64,000 nucleotides of DNA from assembly GCF_006345805.1 (NCBI RefSeq), contig NC_042999.1:35526001-35590000 (forward strand). Reading direction: 5' to 3'. Position numbers and translations under genes: made by a program. Shown in pieces: positions 59,991 through 64,000 of the stretch; position 1 is the stretch's first letter; each line of letters starts with the position of its first letter. A model generated the notes under the pieces. That model saw nothing but the letters and a program-made list of their open reading frames with translations. It made no database searches and was not told where the DNA came from. Source of the stretch: Octopus sinensis (taxonomy: Eukaryota).

Positions 59991-61288
59991 AAAATTTCAG
60001 CGAATTGTTAACATGTTGGACAAAATGCCTTGCTGTATTCGTTTTGGCTCGTTATATTCTGAGTGTAAATCCTGCCGAGGTCAACCTCGCTTGTTTGTCA
60101 TCCCTCGAGAGTTGATAAGATAAAAATATCAATCACGTACAGGGGTCAATAACACTGATCAACTTCCTGCTCTCAAAATGTCAGGCCATGTGCCTACATT
60201 AGAAGCAATTATTACACTGGATTTCGACCATACATTTATGTTTCATGTAGCATAAATATATCGACAAAGTGTTATTAATGGGTGTCAATTTTCTTAACAA
60301 TGTGAATGCTGGGTGTTGATGTACTTTATACTTGTAAACACAAGGCTATATATTTTAAGTTGAGTTGTCATCTTTGACTGGGACCTAATTCATAATCACT
60401 GATAAGATGAAAAACAAAAGAAAAAAAAAACAAACAAAAACTGATATAATTTAGACAAGAAATGTGAAGTCACATGATCAAATACTACAAAGTAATTGTT
60501 TGGACATTCTACTCATAATGATTCTTTCAAGTTTCGGCAGAAAGCTGGCAATTTCAGGTAAGGGAGTTTGTTGATTACATCAATCCTAGAATTTGATCGA
60601 TATACCTTATTTTATTGACCATGAAAGGATGAAAGACAAAAATCAAGCATGATGGAACTTGAACTCAGAATGTAAAGACCTGGGAGAAATGTCACTAAGC
60701 ATTTTGTCCAACTCACATTTCTGCCAGCTTGCAGCAGCAACAACAGTAACAACAACAACAACGATGATGACAACGACGGTGATGATGATGTTTTCTTTAA
60801 ACAAATATAGCAACGATAACAACGACAACACTAATTAGCAGCAATTTTATCATAAACGTTTTGATGAGTATTCTCTGTATTTTTGTATATTAAATCTAAA
60901 TCTAAATCAAATTTTCCTTATCAAACTTAATTTTCTTGTGATACAATGGTCCTATTATCTTCATTTAGCATACTTACCAAATAAAAATAAATAATATATC
61001 AATTAATATTTATTTTCCCACTAGTGATATAAAATCAATTTCAAAAATTATTTCCTTCCTTGTGATATAAATAAGATTGCATTTTGCACCAAAAAGCCAA
61101 TATGAGAGTTTCTCTCATGGTAACTACCACAGTATAGTTTGTTCTAACAGAACATCCACATTTAAGTGGGGATAAATATCACCTCTCAGTATTAACACTG
61201 TCACTGTAGCTAATATATATATATATATTTATTACAACTTTTATTGAAGATTTTAAAATATATATTAAATATATGTTTTTTCAAAAAG

Positions 61289-61540
61289 TGGAAGCACGTG
61301 GCTTAGTGGTTAGGGTGTCAGCACCATGATCGTAAGATTGTGGTTTTGATTCCTGGACAGGGCGACGCGCTGTGTTCTTGGGCAAAACACTTCATTTCAC
61401 GTTGCTCCAGTCCACTCAGCTGGCAAAAATGAGTAACGCTGCGATGGACTGGCGTCCCGTCCAGCTGGTGAACACATACGCCATAGAAACCAGGAAACCG
61501 GGCCCATGAGCCTGGCTAGGCTTTAAAAAAAGGGCGCATT
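61289..61540 (+). mobile_element. tRNA-derived SINE (family C-related) with a V-domain-like core
   Basis: gtggcttagtggttagggtg A box; gcgatggactggcgtcccgtccag resembles the V-SINE core as I recall it. Confidence 0.7.
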
Positions 61541-61569
61541 TATTTATTTTATTATATGTATTAAAAAGT

Positions 61570-61822
61570 ATCCAGTTCACACTGTAAAGTGGTTGGCATT
61601 TGGAAGGGAATCCAGCTGTAAAAACTGTTCCAAAACAGACCTCACCAGTGCTGGAGCTAGGTAAAAAGTACTGGCCACTCTGTAAGATGACTGGTGTTAG
61701 GAAGAGCATCCAGGACATAAGAAATCATGCCAAAATAGACAGTGAAGACTGGTGCAGTCTTCTGGCTTGCTAGCTCCTGTCAAACCATCCAACCTATGCT
61801 AGCATGGATGAAGATGATGACA
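61570..61822 (+). mobile_element. Degraded RTE 3' tail fragment(s)
   Basis: ggaagggaatccagctgta and gctagcatggatgaagatgatg. Confidence 0.6.
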
Positions 61823-62529
61823 TATATATATATATATATAATTTATATATAGAGGGCATTATACATACATGCCAGAAGGCATTATACATACATGCCAAAT
61901 GCTAAGAGGGACAATTAGTCATTTCTACCAAAAATATATATATGTATATGTATGCATGTACAGGGTGTGATGGGTAAATAGTCGCCATTTTATATTTCAC
62001 ACATGTGCATTGTTATTGATTTTGTCAACTACACAGTATAGTAGGGTCAGTTGGGCACCATCTGCCAGAAATTTGGAAATGACGTGCTGTACTGCTTGGT
62101 ATTCATGCCAGGAGCTCTAATACGAACAGGTGGTCAACACATAGAACAACTGTTGGCTTGTAAAGGTGTTTCTGCTGAATTATCCTACATAGTAACCCAC
62201 ACCTACTGGAGACTGTTTTTTTGTTGACATTTTATTGTTTTACATTTTGTTCATGCCCCATATTTTCTGTGTATATATATATACCACCATTATATTGCTC
62301 CCCCCCCTTGTACTATCCCCTAATATCTTGGGACCTTAATGTTGGACCAGTAAGGGAAATTATTATTATTAAGATAGCAAGCTGGCAGAATTATTAGTAC
62401 CCTGGGTGAAACGCTTTGCAGCATTTTATCTATCTTTATGTTCTGAGTTCTAATTCTGCCGAGGTTGACAGTATTGATCTAAGCATGGGAAAATGCATTT
62501 TGTTTTTTTAATTTTGATTTGATTACACA

Positions 62530-64000
62530 TATACTACTGAAAAACCATTCAACTTCTGCATTTGAGTTTGGCAATGTCAATAGATTAATGGCAAAATTTG
62601 CAACATCTCTAAAAGGATTCCTCTAGAAGCATCTTTATATTTCAAGACTTTCAGCCAGAATGCCTCAGTATTAGACGTATTTGTCCATTTAACTAAACAA
62701 ATGCTATTAAACTGAATTTCAATTAAAGCAATTTTTTTTTCATTTAAATGCATTGCTTCTAAGACAGGTAAAATTGGCTCTTTGAAATGCTGCAAAATAT
62801 TCTCTACTGAAAAACATTTGATATTCCTCAGTATATTATTTTCTGGCAAACGGTGTTTGAGCTCTTTATAAAGGCAGAGTAAAAATTGTAGTGCTCTTTT
62901 GCAAATATTATTTTCTTCTGTGGCTGTTACAGTCTTCTTGATAATCATTTCTGCTATCTTTCTCTCGAACCTGTAGCCTAAATTTGGTTTAGGATCCAGA
63001 AATTTTTCAAAAGAAGCATCCAGATCAATTGTACATGTTGGCAACACTATCATATTGGCAACAGATTTGATCAAATTTGAAAGATCTTCAAGTAATTTTG
63101 TTTTGTGGACAGTGTTTGATTCAAACAGTTTATTCACTTCCTGAACATGTTTTGAAATTGGATGCAAAAATAAAAGGTAAAGTTCATTCCTAGAATCACA
63201 AAACATTTCATGTAATGTTTGTGCTGTAAAGCATTTTTCTTATGTAATTGTAGTTTGGAAGTGAGTTTGCAATTCAAACCATAGGCTTAAAATTCTATTT
63301 ACTGCTGGTTCTATTGACAGCCACCTAGTTGTGCAAGAATTCACAATCTTCAAAGGCTCTTTATCATTGATAGCAAGCTAAAGTTGTTTGTAGGTACTTT
63401 GTCTTGTTGAAGAATGCGAGGACCATTTATAGGTTTTGGATACTGAAAATTCTAAATTTATGGGCAAGCATTCAGTACAAGTGTGGGATACTGCCAGATG
63501 TAAAGAATGACATACACATCTAAATAGAAGTAATGATGGAACTTCTTTTAATTTCTGGAAAACACCATTGTTGACTCCTATCATTACTGTAGCATTGTCA
63601 GTATCTATAGCCAGTATTTTTTTTATATCTAATTTCTTTTTCACTAATTCAATTTTTAAGGCATCTACAATGGCATCTGCATCACATGTTTCTAAGGATA
63701 CCATACTGAGATATGTATGTACCACTTTTTTGTGAGTGTCACTATTAAGCCCTAACAACTTGTTTATCAATATATCATTGGATTCATCTAATAACAAGCT
63801 AAATTTTCTATCTCCTATATCAGAAATCAAATCTCCATCAAAATATGGAGCTAGAACATTTCTCACAATATTTGCACATTTTGTACAATGCAACTTCACT
63901 TTGGACATAATATCACTGTAAGACATATAATTCTTACGTAACTCTATTAAGTGTACCACAGCCATTAAATGATAAGTTGCAACAAATAAACATTGCTAAA
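62530..64000 (-). pseudogene. hAT-superfamily transposase pseudogene (runs off the window end)
   Basis: FSLLLDESND, IDTDNATVM, CVCHSLHLAV and CTTRWLS are in one frame with two in-frame stops. The C-terminal dimerisation motif LPNSNAEVEWFFS follows a frameshift. Confidence 0.88.

Noticed and set aside
60978-61100. Possible STARD3 5' UTR exon ending in TTG|GTAAGT
   Set aside because: A donor motif alone in AT-rich DNA is insufficient without transcript data.

Overview
AT-rich, repeat-dense eukaryotic genomic DNA. The SINE, RTE and (TA)n content looks like an octopus or other coleoid cephalopod; that assignment is inferred, not database-checked. Two convergent spliced genes can be reconstructed by hand with GT-AG junctions and consistent phases. 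On + is the 3' part (last 7 coding exons, 915-10034) of CCT5, chaperonin TCP-1 subunit epsilon. On - is an apparently complete 12-exon, ~450-aa STARD3/MLN64 (59786-23654). Introns and the intergenic region are filled with mobile DNA: two young 5'-truncated RTE LINEs (one with an uninterrupted 612-aa RT plus PHD-like finger ORF), many RTE 3'-tail fragments, old RTE, CR1 and Penelope relics, a Penelope-like element with minimal hammerhead motifs, at least four tRNA-derived SINE families, piggyBac-type and other MITEs, Helitron-like elements, Tc1/mariner relics and a hAT transposase pseudogene. The most unusual observations are fold-back RTE tail insertions whose junction points to snap-back self-priming at a native hairpin, a hammerhead core variant (CUGUAGA) in both Penelope terminal repeats, modular 3' UTRs that differ between otherwise very similar RTE copies, and a duplicated long palindrome in a STARD3 intron. 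All coordinates were counted by eye; repeat boundaries are approximate.
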